Below are positions 28,985 through 37,840 of a DNA stretch of 64,000 nt, one piece after another (within the stretch, counting starts at the first letter, position 1; the number at the start of each line of letters is the position of its first letter). The notes below the pieces were generated by a model. The model was not told the DNA's origin. It did not search any database and saw only the letters and a program-made list of their open reading frames with translations. Origin of the DNA: Meyerozyma guilliermondii (lineage: Eukaryota). The stretch is taken from positions 620,001 to 684,000 of the forward strand of contig CP128816.1 of NCBI GenBank assembly GCA_051546255.1. The letters are read 5' to 3'. Position numbers and translations under genes: made by a program.

Positions 28985-29752
28985 TCACCATAGGAGCATT
29001 ATGAGTCCTAAGAACGCTAGCTTGTCGATACAAGTTATTGACCCCATACTCTCACCTCCAATGGAAATACATTCTTGCAGCTGGTTCCGTTCCAAGTTTC
29101 TGATTTTGGTGAGCTCTTCGTCTATTTCAGCAAAGCCATAGTCGAGATTGGTACGCAAAAATGAAAGATCGGCTTCATTGAATCCTTTGGTGTCGACCAA
29201 GTACCGAATAAATGCCTGTCTATCAAACGTTGGCATTATGGGCATACGAACTTCTTGGACGTGTGTTGAAGTTACTTCGCTGTTATCCTTGGAAGTGATT
29301 AGTTTGGTCCATCCTTTGAGATCATCCTTTGCCTCGAAATCTTGGTAGCTGGTGATTTTTGATTTGAGCTTACTATTGTCATGAGGCTCGGAAGTTGGCT
29401 TAGGTTTTGCCAATTTGTGTTCCTTGCCCTTATTTCGCAAATTGATCAAGAAATCGTTGACCCAGGCAGTTTTGGATGTAATAGTAAGCACAGGTTCTTT
29501 CGAGGTGGAATTGGTGAGGTGCGGCTCGGACCCCGGTTTCAGGCGAGGAACTTTTTGTGACGAAAATATGTTTCCAAACGGCAATCGCAGTGCTGAAAGC
29601 CGCAGGTTACCGTCTGGGGTATTTCGGGATCGTATTAATTCTTTGGGCATTTGCGGCACCTTTTTCAAGGTGCCCATTTTTGTCCTAATGGAGTGGCCAT
29701 TTAGGGCCAAAAGCGGTGGGATGAGAAACGCAAACCAAAAGATCAAGAGCAT
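28985..29752 (-). CDS. Hypothetical secreted, probably GPI-anchored protein
   Basis: N-terminal signal peptide (MLLIFWFAFLIPPLLA). C-terminal small-residue segment (GGESMGS) followed by a hydrophobic tail (LAFLGLIMLLW). Confidence 0.7.
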   Translation of the reverse strand: MLLIFWFAFLIPPLLALNGHSIRTKMGTLKKVPQMPKELIRSRNTPDGNLRLSALRLPFGNIFSSQKVPRLKPGSEPHLTNSTSKEPVLTITSKTAWVNDFLINLRNKGKEHKLAKPKPTSEPHDNSKLKSKITSYQDFEAKDDLKGWTKLITSKDNSEVTSTHVQEVRMPIMPTFDRQAFIRYLVDTKGFNEADLSFLRTNLDYGFAEIDEELTKIRNLERNQLQECISIGGESMGSITCIDKLAFLGLIMLLW

Positions 29753-30628
29753 GAAGATTCAGCAGCAATTGGTTCAAGTGGTTTCAGGTATGAGTTAATG
29801 GCTTAAGTTCAACTGGTACAAACAGGTTTGTGGCTACGATTTGCAGCCGCACCCACCTGCATAGATCTTACGCAGGTCCCTTCCGTATTTGGAGATGGCC
29901 AACACGTTTTGGGACATCGGAAGATCGACAAGATGTATCCGAAGATTCCGGATAACGCAATGGTTAATGCAGCGAAGGCAGCGAATGAGTGGACGAGTGC
30001 ACTGGGTGCGCTTATGTGATCCAAAATCGTCCCAGTAGTGCGTTCATGTCAACTGTTTCAGGCTGGAACGTGCAGCGCGCTGGCTCTGCCAGAAATGAGA
30101 GCGAGCCAAGAATAAAAACAAATCTTGTTAACAACCGAGAAATTCTTAAGATCAAACCAAAACTTTTCAAAAGTATATACAACAAAATAAGCATAGACAT
30201 TTTTCAGTTTCAAATTTACTTTTGTCCAATTCCCGCCCATCCAATTGGCGTTTCAAACCTTAATTGTGCTCTGTGCAGTTTGCTTCATAAACGATTTCAC
30301 ACATTCTCTATCGACAACATTAACGAAACTATACCAAAAACTTTACCCAATTCCATCGCAAACTACAATCCTTCCACCAATTCAATTCTTGCTCTGGTGT
30401 TGCAATTTTCATTCCTGCAGACAACCCCGCCCCTTGTTTGAATCCAGGCTTAAACTGTTGTCTCACCCTCTGCCAACACCAGTCCCTTTTTGCTCCTGCC
30501 GTGGTATTATTGACCTTGGTGACTCGCGTGCCCTAGTGTGAGTCGGCGCATGCTCCAACTATAGTCTTGAATCGAAAAGACGTACCTTCGCTTATAAAAA
30601 ACCCAATCCACACACGTCCATCTTCATC

Positions 30629-33600
30629 ATGTCCCGCCGCAGTTCTGTGTCTTCCCAGCAAAATTCTCGGTCGCTATCAACAGACGAGCTTCTCACCGTG
30701 GATAGCAAGTTTATTCCACGCGCCGCAAAGCGCTCCGATGACGGATTCCACAAGGCTGGAAGCACCTACTATTTTCCAAATGGCGAGATTTTTCGACCCA
30801 GAAACTCTCCGCATAGAAAAAACCGTCCTGCTCGATACCCAAAGTCAAACTCACTCAAGGGTTCCTACCATTACATTCCTCCGTCCCTGGCACCAGAAAC
30901 TACTGGTGTACCACCTAATGCTACATTCCCCAGTCGCGGCCATCATCCCGCCCACGTCAACGGCCAAGGATATCCTGCACCAAGTCAGCAATACCCTAGA
31001 AACCAACCTCTGGGCCACCCAGGCGGCCTCTCAAGCCATCCGAACAGCAACCTAATTCCTCGCTCGTCATCTATGGTTTCCATGAACTCTTCCATATCAA
31101 TCCAGACAGCACCACCATACGTTCCTCGTTCAAGCTCGTTCACAAACGTTAAAAAGGCATCGCAGCAACACCTCGCACACTCTCTCCGCTCCAACAGAAT
31201 AGACACCCCGACAAATATCAACATCCAACATTTGACTCCCACCACCCTGCATTCGCCCCGAATGGCGTCCAAACCAACTTTTCAGTCAAACAATATCTTG
31301 AGAAACAGCTCATCGCTCTCGATCGCTTCAGCAGAACTCCCTGTGGACACACCTACTCACCATAATTCCGACTCCAATCCGTCTAGTCTCTCAAACTACA
31401 CCCTCAACCGCTCAATGTCAAACACCCCACAGACTTCTATCAATACGTCTGTCGACGACGTGGGCAACCCTTTGACTAAAACACCAAAATCAGACCCTTC
31501 GAGTGATATATCCAAGTCAAACTCATTGGAGAGTATCCGTGAAACTGAAGTCAACACTATCACAAGCAGCGATGCAGTTAGCTCGCAGAAATCTTTCACG
31601 ATCTCCAAGCCTGTCCTCTCCTCGGTTGATAGCGAAGAATCCTCTTCTTTCGAAAGCGCAGTCGAGCCAAATCTCAGTACATTGGAGGAAGAAGCAGACA
31701 AAGCATCGATTCCTGATACTCACACAGTGACCATTGAATCATTGAGAGAACATGAGTATCCGGAAGCAAACTTGGACATGGATCTGGTGCACGAGGTTTC
31801 TGAAGCTTCTTACGAACCTTCACCAGAGACCGAAAATCAGTCTGAGGTTACGCCAGTAGATCCTAATGGTGTACTGGGTCTGGGTCTGGGTCTGGATAAC
31901 GACCTGGATCACGGTGACGATACCAACTCGGGAAACTCTCAATCTGAATGCGACTCTGCTTCCAGCCGTACGTTAAATGAGACTCATTCATATGAAGAAA
32001 ATGCGGCCGCTAAAAGTAATCGCGATGAGTCTGCGAGTGATGGGCCTGCTAATAACGTGCCTGAAGAACCAGAAAATGTGCAGTCAGATAAAGGGCACTC
32101 AGATGAACATAAACTAGGTTCATCTTCCTCCAATAAGAACGGCTTGACAATAAGCGTTCCCACGAAAGACGAAATTGCATCTCTTCCCTCGCCAAACGAT
32201 TTAAAGACACCTAAGGATCGCATTACCGCTTCCTCGAGTACAAAATCATTTGAATCGGTAAGCCGATTGATTGAAGGTTACCTGAACGATTACGAGTCTT
32301 CTCCAAATGGATCTGTTAAAACTCCAAAGACCAACTTTTTTGACTTTCATAAAGATGACGCATTTGATCGCTTCCTCAATGACGAACAGGGTACCCCACC
32401 TAGAGGTGATGTCGCCGTTGTTGGTAATAAAATCCGCAAGCATGAACGGTCGGTTTCCTCCATCAGCTCCTTCAACGAAGTTTTGAATGAGTCTAAACGT
32501 AACTCTCAGTATGGTGACATGGGCTCACCAATTCCTCATGACAAGAGGCTGCATAAGGTTTCTCCTGACCGGAATTCATTACCTCCTCCAGATACCTCTA
32601 TAATAGGCTCGTCTCCTCAGTCGAGTAAGAACTCGATAATTAGTTCCAATCCTAATTTGACAGCGAAGGAAGCTCCTATGCCCCCTATTGCACAGGTGCA
32701 ATCGGAACAATCTGAAATAAGCCATTCGGAGCTCTTGTCTACTCCTAAAGATAAAGATGTGGAAATCACTGATTCTGTGATAAAGGGTATGCCATTGGAG
32801 TCATCTCCAGAACCACCGACTCCAATCTCGAAAGATAATACTCCAAAGAAGGTGCCCACTGTTACCAGATCCATGTTGGATGTTGTTGAGGACGTGGTAG
32901 AAAAGAAGCCTGAAGACTCGGCGACCAAGAAAGAATTCACCATAAACGTTCCAAAATACAATAAGGATTTTGACAAGGCACTTCCTCTTCTGCCAACGGT
33001 GAAGCCCAAAGGGATTATCACAAACGAAAAAGAAGAGACACAAAAGCCCAAGTCACCCGTCGAACCAAAGGCTCCACTGCCTCGAAAATCGCCTCTGAAG
33101 CCCAAATCCTTACCAAATTTGTCACCATCTACGTCCACGTCCAACTTTAAGCTGTTCTGGAAGAAATTCAAAGGTGATAAGCAACCAGTGTCCAAGCCAC
33201 AAACCAAAGAACGGACAGAGAAAAAGATCTCTTTCTTTGCAAAGGTACCCAAATTTCGCCAAAGTGAAGAACGGTTGCCAGTTGTAAAGGAACCAATTGT
33301 TGCTCCGGTACTGCAACCGCCCGCGCGAGAACAGCTGCTAGTACGCAATTCTATTTACGACTTGACACTAACGAAGCTTCCAACAATAGAGGCAGACTCT
33401 AGTCTTCTTGATGATGTCTTGAACAGCTTTAATGAGACCATGGGTTCCGATCGTGCCAAAGCAGTGGACTCTGATGGTGTTACCATGGAACCATTTCTAC
33501 GGGACGATGAATTGACAAGAGATCAGATTGAAGATCAGCAGAAGCGTGATCAGATTCCGAACGATGAAGCTGAAGACGAGAATGAAGCTAATAATGAGGA

Positions 33601-34222
33601 AGGTCTGAGCCATTCGCAAGATAACTCAGACGAGGCGTATATTGATGAGAATTTGCGATACTTGCAAGAGGAGCTACTTTGGCCCATTGATTCTGATTTT
33701 AAGGCACTCGAAGACCCAAAGTTCCCAGCGAGACGAAAGTCATATGACACGATCAGACGTTCAATGGTATTCGATGCCGAGCCTGATTCAGAGACTTTCG
33801 TGTTGGAAAACTACGAGTTGAAGAACTTGTTCGATAACACTACTGAACAACAGCGTAAGCGTTTACCATTCCACCTCAAGCATATTGGGCAATTCACTGA
33901 TTTTGATCGTCTTGAGATTCTGGCAGAAAAGTTTTCTATGACCCCGGTGGTTCCCAAGCCCAAGCCATGTGCAGCCATGGCACCAATTCTCAAGACTAGT
34001 GGAACTTCCAAACCACGCAGATCGGTGGAATTTTCAAGGAAAATATCCATAACTGAAACGTTCTCTCCTGACTTCTACAAGAGGTACAACAAGTCTGTGA
34101 CCCAGTACACCTTGACGGAGTCGCTCGAGATTTTGAAGATCAAGAGTGAGTTGAACACCTACAAATGCAATGAAATGTTGGTGCACGAAGAATCACAACA
34201 AAATACCCATTTCTTTTATTAA
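30629..34222 (+). CDS. AFR1: Afr1-like Glc7/PP1-targeting septin-associated protein
   Basis: YYFPNGEIFRPR resembles Afr1 FPNGEIYKPK (recalled). RVxF-type RSVEF and the C-terminal IKSELNTYKCNEMLVHEESQQNTHFFY are shared with Afr1/Bni4. Confidence 0.75.
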   Translation: MSRRSSVSSQQNSRSLSTDELLTVDSKFIPRAAKRSDDGFHKAGSTYYFPNGEIFRPRNSPHRKNRPARYPKSNSLKGSYHYIPPSLAPETTGVPPNATFPSRGHHPAHVNGQGYPAPSQQYPRNQPLGHPGGLSSHPNSNLIPRSSSMVSMNSSISIQTAPPYVPRSSSFTNVKKASQQHLAHSLRSNRIDTPTNINIQHLTPTTLHSPRMASKPTFQSNNILRNSSSLSIASAELPVDTPTHHNSDSNPSSLSNYTLNRSMSNTPQTSINTSVDDVGNPLTKTPKSDPSSDISKSNSLESIRETEVNTITSSDAVSSQKSFTISKPVLSSVDSEESSSFESAVEPNLSTLEEEADKASIPDTHTVTIESLREHEYPEANLDMDLVHEVSEASYEPSPETENQSEVTPVDPNGVLGLGLGLDNDLDHGDDTNSGNSQSECDSASSRTLNETHSYEENAAAKSNRDESASDGPANNVPEEPENVQSDKGHSDEHKLGSSSSNKNGLTISVPTKDEIASLPSPNDLKTPKDRITASSSTKSFESVSRLIEGYLNDYESSPNGSVKTPKTNFFDFHKDDAFDRFLNDEQGTPPRGDVAVVGNKIRKHERSVSSISSFNEVLNESKRNSQYGDMGSPIPHDKRLHKVSPDRNSLPPPDTSIIGSSPQSSKNSIISSNPNLTAKEAPMPPIAQVQSEQSEISHSELLSTPKDKDVEITDSVIKGMPLESSPEPPTPISKDNTPKKVPTVTRSMLDVVEDVVEKKPEDSATKKEFTINVPKYNKDFDKALPLLPTVKPKGIITNEKEETQKPKSPVEPKAPLPRKSPLKPKSLPNLSPSTSTSNFKLFWKKFKGDKQPVSKPQTKERTEKKISFFAKVPKFRQSEERLPVVKEPIVAPVLQPPAREQLLVRNSIYDLTLTKLPTIEADSSLLDDVLNSFNETMGSDRAKAVDSDGVTMEPFLRDDELTRDQIEDQQKRDQIPNDEAEDENEANNEEGLSHSQDNSDEAYIDENLRYLQEELLWPIDSDFKALEDPKFPARRKSYDTIRRSMVFDAEPDSETFVLENYELKNLFDNTTEQQRKRLPFHLKHIGQFTDFDRLEILAEKFSMTPVVPKPKPCAAMAPILKTSGTSKPRRSVEFSRKISITETFSPDFYKRYNKSVTQYTLTESLEILKIKSELNTYKCNEMLVHEESQQNTHFFY

Positions 34223-34247
34223 ATATTATGAACCTAATACATTGCGT

Positions 34248-34694
34248 TCAACTTCCACGGTATGTAGTATAGCTGAAATTCGAAAGAAGTAAAGGAATAT
34301 GATAGTGGTGATCAGGAGGATTGTCAATCTTGAAGTAGATTTCTACAAATGGGAAGAAACTGCGGGAGTTATCTGCAAGTTGGGCAAAATACTTGCCAGT
34401 TAAGAATTTGATCTTGTATACTCCTGGTTTCAAGTCAGTATGTTGGTTTTGTTTCAAACCAATTTTTGCCTGGTTTTCACTAGACAATTGTGGGTCGTAT
34501 ACCCAGTTCTTAATTCTGCCATCGGCGTCGGTTTTGGCCATGGCGAACAAGGTTCCAGATCCGAGTTCATAAGCCAGTTCATTCACCGGATTGTCGATTT
34601 CCGGTGCCATATAGTAGAGCGAGCACGTCACATTGGCTGCAGGCTTGCCAATTGCTGTGTCGAGGATGTGGCATGTAATCGGAGACACAGACAT
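34248..34694 (-). CDS. 5-hydroxyisourate hydrolase (transthyretin-like)
   Basis: SPITCHILDTAIGKPAA, TDADGRI, FFPFVEI, HYHIPLLLSNFSYTTYRGS (terminal YRGS). Start at MSVSP. Confidence 0.95.
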   Translation of the reverse strand: MSVSPITCHILDTAIGKPAANVTCSLYYMAPEIDNPVNELAYELGSGTLFAMAKTDADGRIKNWVYDPQLSSENQAKIGLKQNQHTDLKPGVYKIKFLTGKYFAQLADNSRSFFPFVEIYFKIDNPPDHHYHIPLLLSNFSYTTYRGS

Positions 34695-34756
34695 AATGAG
34701 GATTTGTGAAATTCTTATCTTTATCGGACATGGCCGAAGGGGTTGAATGCAGGAGC

Positions 34757-35917
34757 TCAGGTTTTTTGGCCTGCATATGTCCACGACTTCTCCTTTGAGT
34801 CGTAGTTCCAGAGTCCAATGTCACACAAGTCGTAGTCTAGCAACCACGTTATAATTCCGTTGAGTATTTTGTGGTCAATTTTGGTGGTGTAAAGTGGCTT
34901 TAGAGATTTAAGAAACTCATTAAGCATGAATGGCTGGTTTTGTAGTTTCAGATTCTGAAGTCGAAGTTTGGCTCCTATGGCTAATTGGTGGAGTGCCTGC
35001 GGGCAGATAACTTCATTGTTGTCCATGGCAAGCAAGCCATATTCATTTAGCTCGCCGATAGCTTCAGCAAAGTACTGTGCAATGCCATTGGGTGGTGCAA
35101 ACTCTAGTAAGTAACCATTAGTCAGAAGGTCCACTAAAGTTATATTTTCGCAGCCGTTATTGAGAAAGTGAAAAATTATTGCCAAGCAAAGTTCAAAACG
35201 CTTGTCTTCGACTGTGGTTTTGATCTCAATTTCCTCGAGTTCGTCATCTTCAGAATGAATAGATATGACATCTGGATCAGTATTTGGCTGGACTTCATTC
35301 TCTAGTACAACCAGATTGAATGACTGCAAAATTTGAACATAATCACGACCCAATACCCACGGCTCCAGAAGCACTTTTTGGCGATACTGTAAGGTGTGAT
35401 TCCACCAATCTACCTCAAGATCAAGTTCGGTTTGTCTGCTCAACATTTCAAAAGCATGGGCATTAACCATAGTTCTCTTATGGTATTCACTCACCAGTCC
35501 ACATACAGCAAGATGACATCCATAATTTTCTCCAAATTTCAATCCCAGTAGCAAGTACAATGACTCGCGGACCTTTACTAGCACTGTCAGATTGATCCCA
35601 GAACAATCATCAACCTCCACCATAATATAATTTTTCTTATTCATACGGCCCGCCATATCAAAATCTTTATATGTTTCGCCTACAAGTTTTCCACATATTT
35701 TCACCTCCTTGAGTGGATAATTGTTTAGCATCACGTAGCCTTCCAGGTATCTACCAAAACCCACAGAACCGTACACAGACATGACATTTTTGGTATCATT
35801 AAGGTCAACATTGAGTAAAGGAACTGGAGCCAAGGAGGTTGGAGCAAGCGGAAAGTGTTCAGGAAGGTAGTATAGTCGGTCCTTGTCGTTGTGATGGATA
35901 TATTTTCGCTTTTCCAT
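34757..35917 (-). CDS. STN1: CST complex subunit Stn1 (telomere capping, OB fold)
   Basis: YY.P..F..APT, LNNYPLKEVKICGKLVG, VDDCSG, E.DWW; C-terminal winged-helix-like region. Start at MEKRKY. Confidence 0.8.
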   Translation of the reverse strand: MEKRKYIHHNDKDRLYYLPEHFPLAPTSLAPVPLLNVDLNDTKNVMSVYGSVGFGRYLEGYVMLNNYPLKEVKICGKLVGETYKDFDMAGRMNKKNYIMVEVDDCSGINLTVLVKVRESLYLLLGLKFGENYGCHLAVCGLVSEYHKRTMVNAHAFEMLSRQTELDLEVDWWNHTLQYRQKVLLEPWVLGRDYVQILQSFNLVVLENEVQPNTDPDVISIHSEDDELEEIEIKTTVEDKRFELCLAIIFHFLNNGCENITLVDLLTNGYLLEFAPPNGIAQYFAEAIGELNEYGLLAMDNNEVICPQALHQLAIGAKLRLQNLKLQNQPFMLNEFLKSLKPLYTTKIDHKILNGIITWLLDYDLCDIGLWNYDSKEKSWTYAGQKT

Positions 35918-35942
35918 GACTAGGTTTATGTGGTGAATGCAT

Positions 35943-36033
35943 GCGATTTGATCTGTGGACAAATACGATTTGATCTTTGTGGATATTGATTTTGATCTCT
36001 GTGGATATTTACGATTTGATTCTTGTGGATATA
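35943..36033 (+). repeat. Four degenerate ~23-bp tandem repeats (ACGATTTGATCtttGTGGATATT)
   Basis: gcgatttgatctgtggacaaat / acgatttgatctttgtggatatt / gattttgatctctgtggatattt / acgatttgattcttgtggatata. Confidence 0.8.
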
Positions 36034-36165
36034 GCTGAATATAATTCTTTATTGTGAATAGAATAGTATAGCGCACTTTTGAGATCTCTATTTTCGTGCT
36101 ATGAACCGAGTCGTTATCAATGCTTCGCGTAAGAAAATCGCGAAGCTCATCGAAAATTTATCAAG

Positions 36166-37398
36166 ATGGCTCTTTTTGAAGTAAAGGGATGGGACCTCAA
36201 ACAGAAAGAAATTGTTTCTGGAGACCAAAGTAAAAGCAAAAAGAAGAAGAAGGCTAAGAAAAATGAACCTGTGGATCTTAAGGCTGTAAAGTCTGTAGAT
36301 TTGGACGAAAAGGTTTCCAAAAAGAACGACAAAAGAACTCCTCAGCGAGAGAATAAGAGAAAAAACAACGAGGATGACGTTCCCAGAAAAAAGGCGAAGG
36401 CTCCCAGTGACACGAAGAAGGAAAAGGTGAAGTCTAAGGAGCCAGAAAATGCTCCTGCCAAAACTGATGCACCAAAACCTGCTGCCCCAATCATGAGTTT
36501 GAGAGGTAAATTGACTCCATTGCAACAAAAAATGATGGCAAAGCTCTCAGGATCGAGATTCAGATGGATAAACGAGCAACTATACACTATCAGTTCCGAG
36601 GAGGCATTAAAGTTGGTGGAAGAACAACCTTCGTTATTCGATGAGTACCATCAAGGTTTCCGTGAACAGGTTCAGTCTTGGCCTGAGAATCCAGTAGATG
36701 TTTTCGTTGACCAAATTCAAAAGCGTGGCCTGTCTCGTCCGGTAAATGCTCCTGGAGGACTTCCAGGAATTGTCAACGAGGGTAGAAAGCAAGTTGTGAT
36801 AGCCGATATGGGATGTGGAGAAGCCCAGCTTGCGCTCGATGTTAACAAATTTATTGCGCAGCATAATAAGAAGAAGAAGAGAGGAGGTTTGGACATAAAA
36901 GTACACAGTTTTGACTTGAAGAAAGTGAATGACAGAATCACAGTCGCCGACATAAAACATGTACCTTTGCCAGATAATTCGTGCAGTATTGTGATCTTTT
37001 GTCTCGCATTGATGGGAACAAATTTTCTTGATTTTATCAAAGAAGCATACCGGATTTTGGCTCCTCGTGGAGAGCTTTGGATTGCTGAAATCAAGTCGAG
37101 ATTCACTGAATCGGCAGAAGCAAGAACTATAAAACCAGAAGATGTTGGCCATGAGTTTGTGGAGGCATTGAAGCTTTGTGGATTCTTCCATAAAAACACA
37201 GATAACTCCAACAAAATGTTCACTAGATTCGAATTCTTCAAACCTCCTCCAGACATCATTGAGGAACGCCGAGCAAAATTGGAGAGAAGACACAAATTTA
37301 TAGAACATGAGACTGAAAAAGAGGAACTTGAGTCGAGAAGAACAAAGGACCCAGAAGGTAACTGGCTTTTGAAGCCATGTATATATAAGAGGAGGTAG
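36166..37398 (+). CDS. RRP8: 25S rRNA m1A methyltransferase Rrp8
   Basis: MALFEVKGW, LSGSRFRWINEQLY, WPENPVD, IADMGCGEA, LLKPCIYKRR. PAC-like GCTCATCG at about 36145. Confidence 0.97.
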   Translation: MALFEVKGWDLKQKEIVSGDQSKSKKKKKAKKNEPVDLKAVKSVDLDEKVSKKNDKRTPQRENKRKNNEDDVPRKKAKAPSDTKKEKVKSKEPENAPAKTDAPKPAAPIMSLRGKLTPLQQKMMAKLSGSRFRWINEQLYTISSEEALKLVEEQPSLFDEYHQGFREQVQSWPENPVDVFVDQIQKRGLSRPVNAPGGLPGIVNEGRKQVVIADMGCGEAQLALDVNKFIAQHNKKKKRGGLDIKVHSFDLKKVNDRITVADIKHVPLPDNSCSIVIFCLALMGTNFLDFIKEAYRILAPRGELWIAEIKSRFTESAEARTIKPEDVGHEFVEALKLCGFFHKNTDNSNKMFTRFEFFKPPPDIIEERRAKLERRHKFIEHETEKEELESRRTKDPEGNWLLKPCIYKRR

Positions 37399-37605
37399 AT
37401 TAAACCGAGGTGCACTAATTTTCATAGACAATCCCAAAACCATTCTAATCTTATTACTTCTTGTTTACTTCTTGTTAACTGAATATTAGAGTTGATTGAT
37501 CTGTTCCTGCACTTAAGTTATCGATTGATGGCTTGACGTTTTCCCGCCAATACACCATAGCAACTCCACATTGACGTAATACCTATTTAAAAACAGCTCA
37601 TGTAT

Positions 37606-37777
37606 GCTGGTGATCAGCAATACCCCGATTCGATTATCTCAATTCAAGTCGAGATCGCCGATTCAAAATGAAGCCGATTTGATCGTTTTTGGTGAGTAGC
37701 CAGCGCGCACGTGATCCGTCGTGCAGCCAGCCTTGCGGCTCTGCTGGTGATGGCTGCGAATTTGTATGAAGACCAGC
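37606..37777. promoter_or_regulatory. Ace2/Swi5-type CCAGC site cluster upstream of DSE1
   Basis: RCCAGC/GCTGGT at 37606, 37699, 37726, 37743, 37772; CACGTG at 37708; TATA-like tatatata at about 37804. Confidence 0.65.
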
Positions 37778-37840
37778 CTCAGATCATGTTAAATACGAAC
37801 CAGTATATATACATCAGATCAGCTTGGCACTGACACCAAA

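Noticed and set aside
32617..33348. 243-aa antisense ORF
   Set aside because: Shadow of the low-complexity AFR1-like CDS; no recognisable features.
35943..36033. Repeat array as CRISPR
   Set aside because: No unique spacers, no cas genes, eukaryotic context.
35918..36076. N-terminal extensions in the ORF track (STN1; likewise SYP1, MEP2, UPF0183, CEG1, HIU hydrolase, AAH1)
   Set aside because: Upstream or non-ATG starts with no family similarity; the STN1 extension merely translates the promoter repeat.
36634..37443. 269-aa and 232-aa antisense ORFs
   Set aside because: They lie opposite well-conserved RRP8 and show no independent coding signal.
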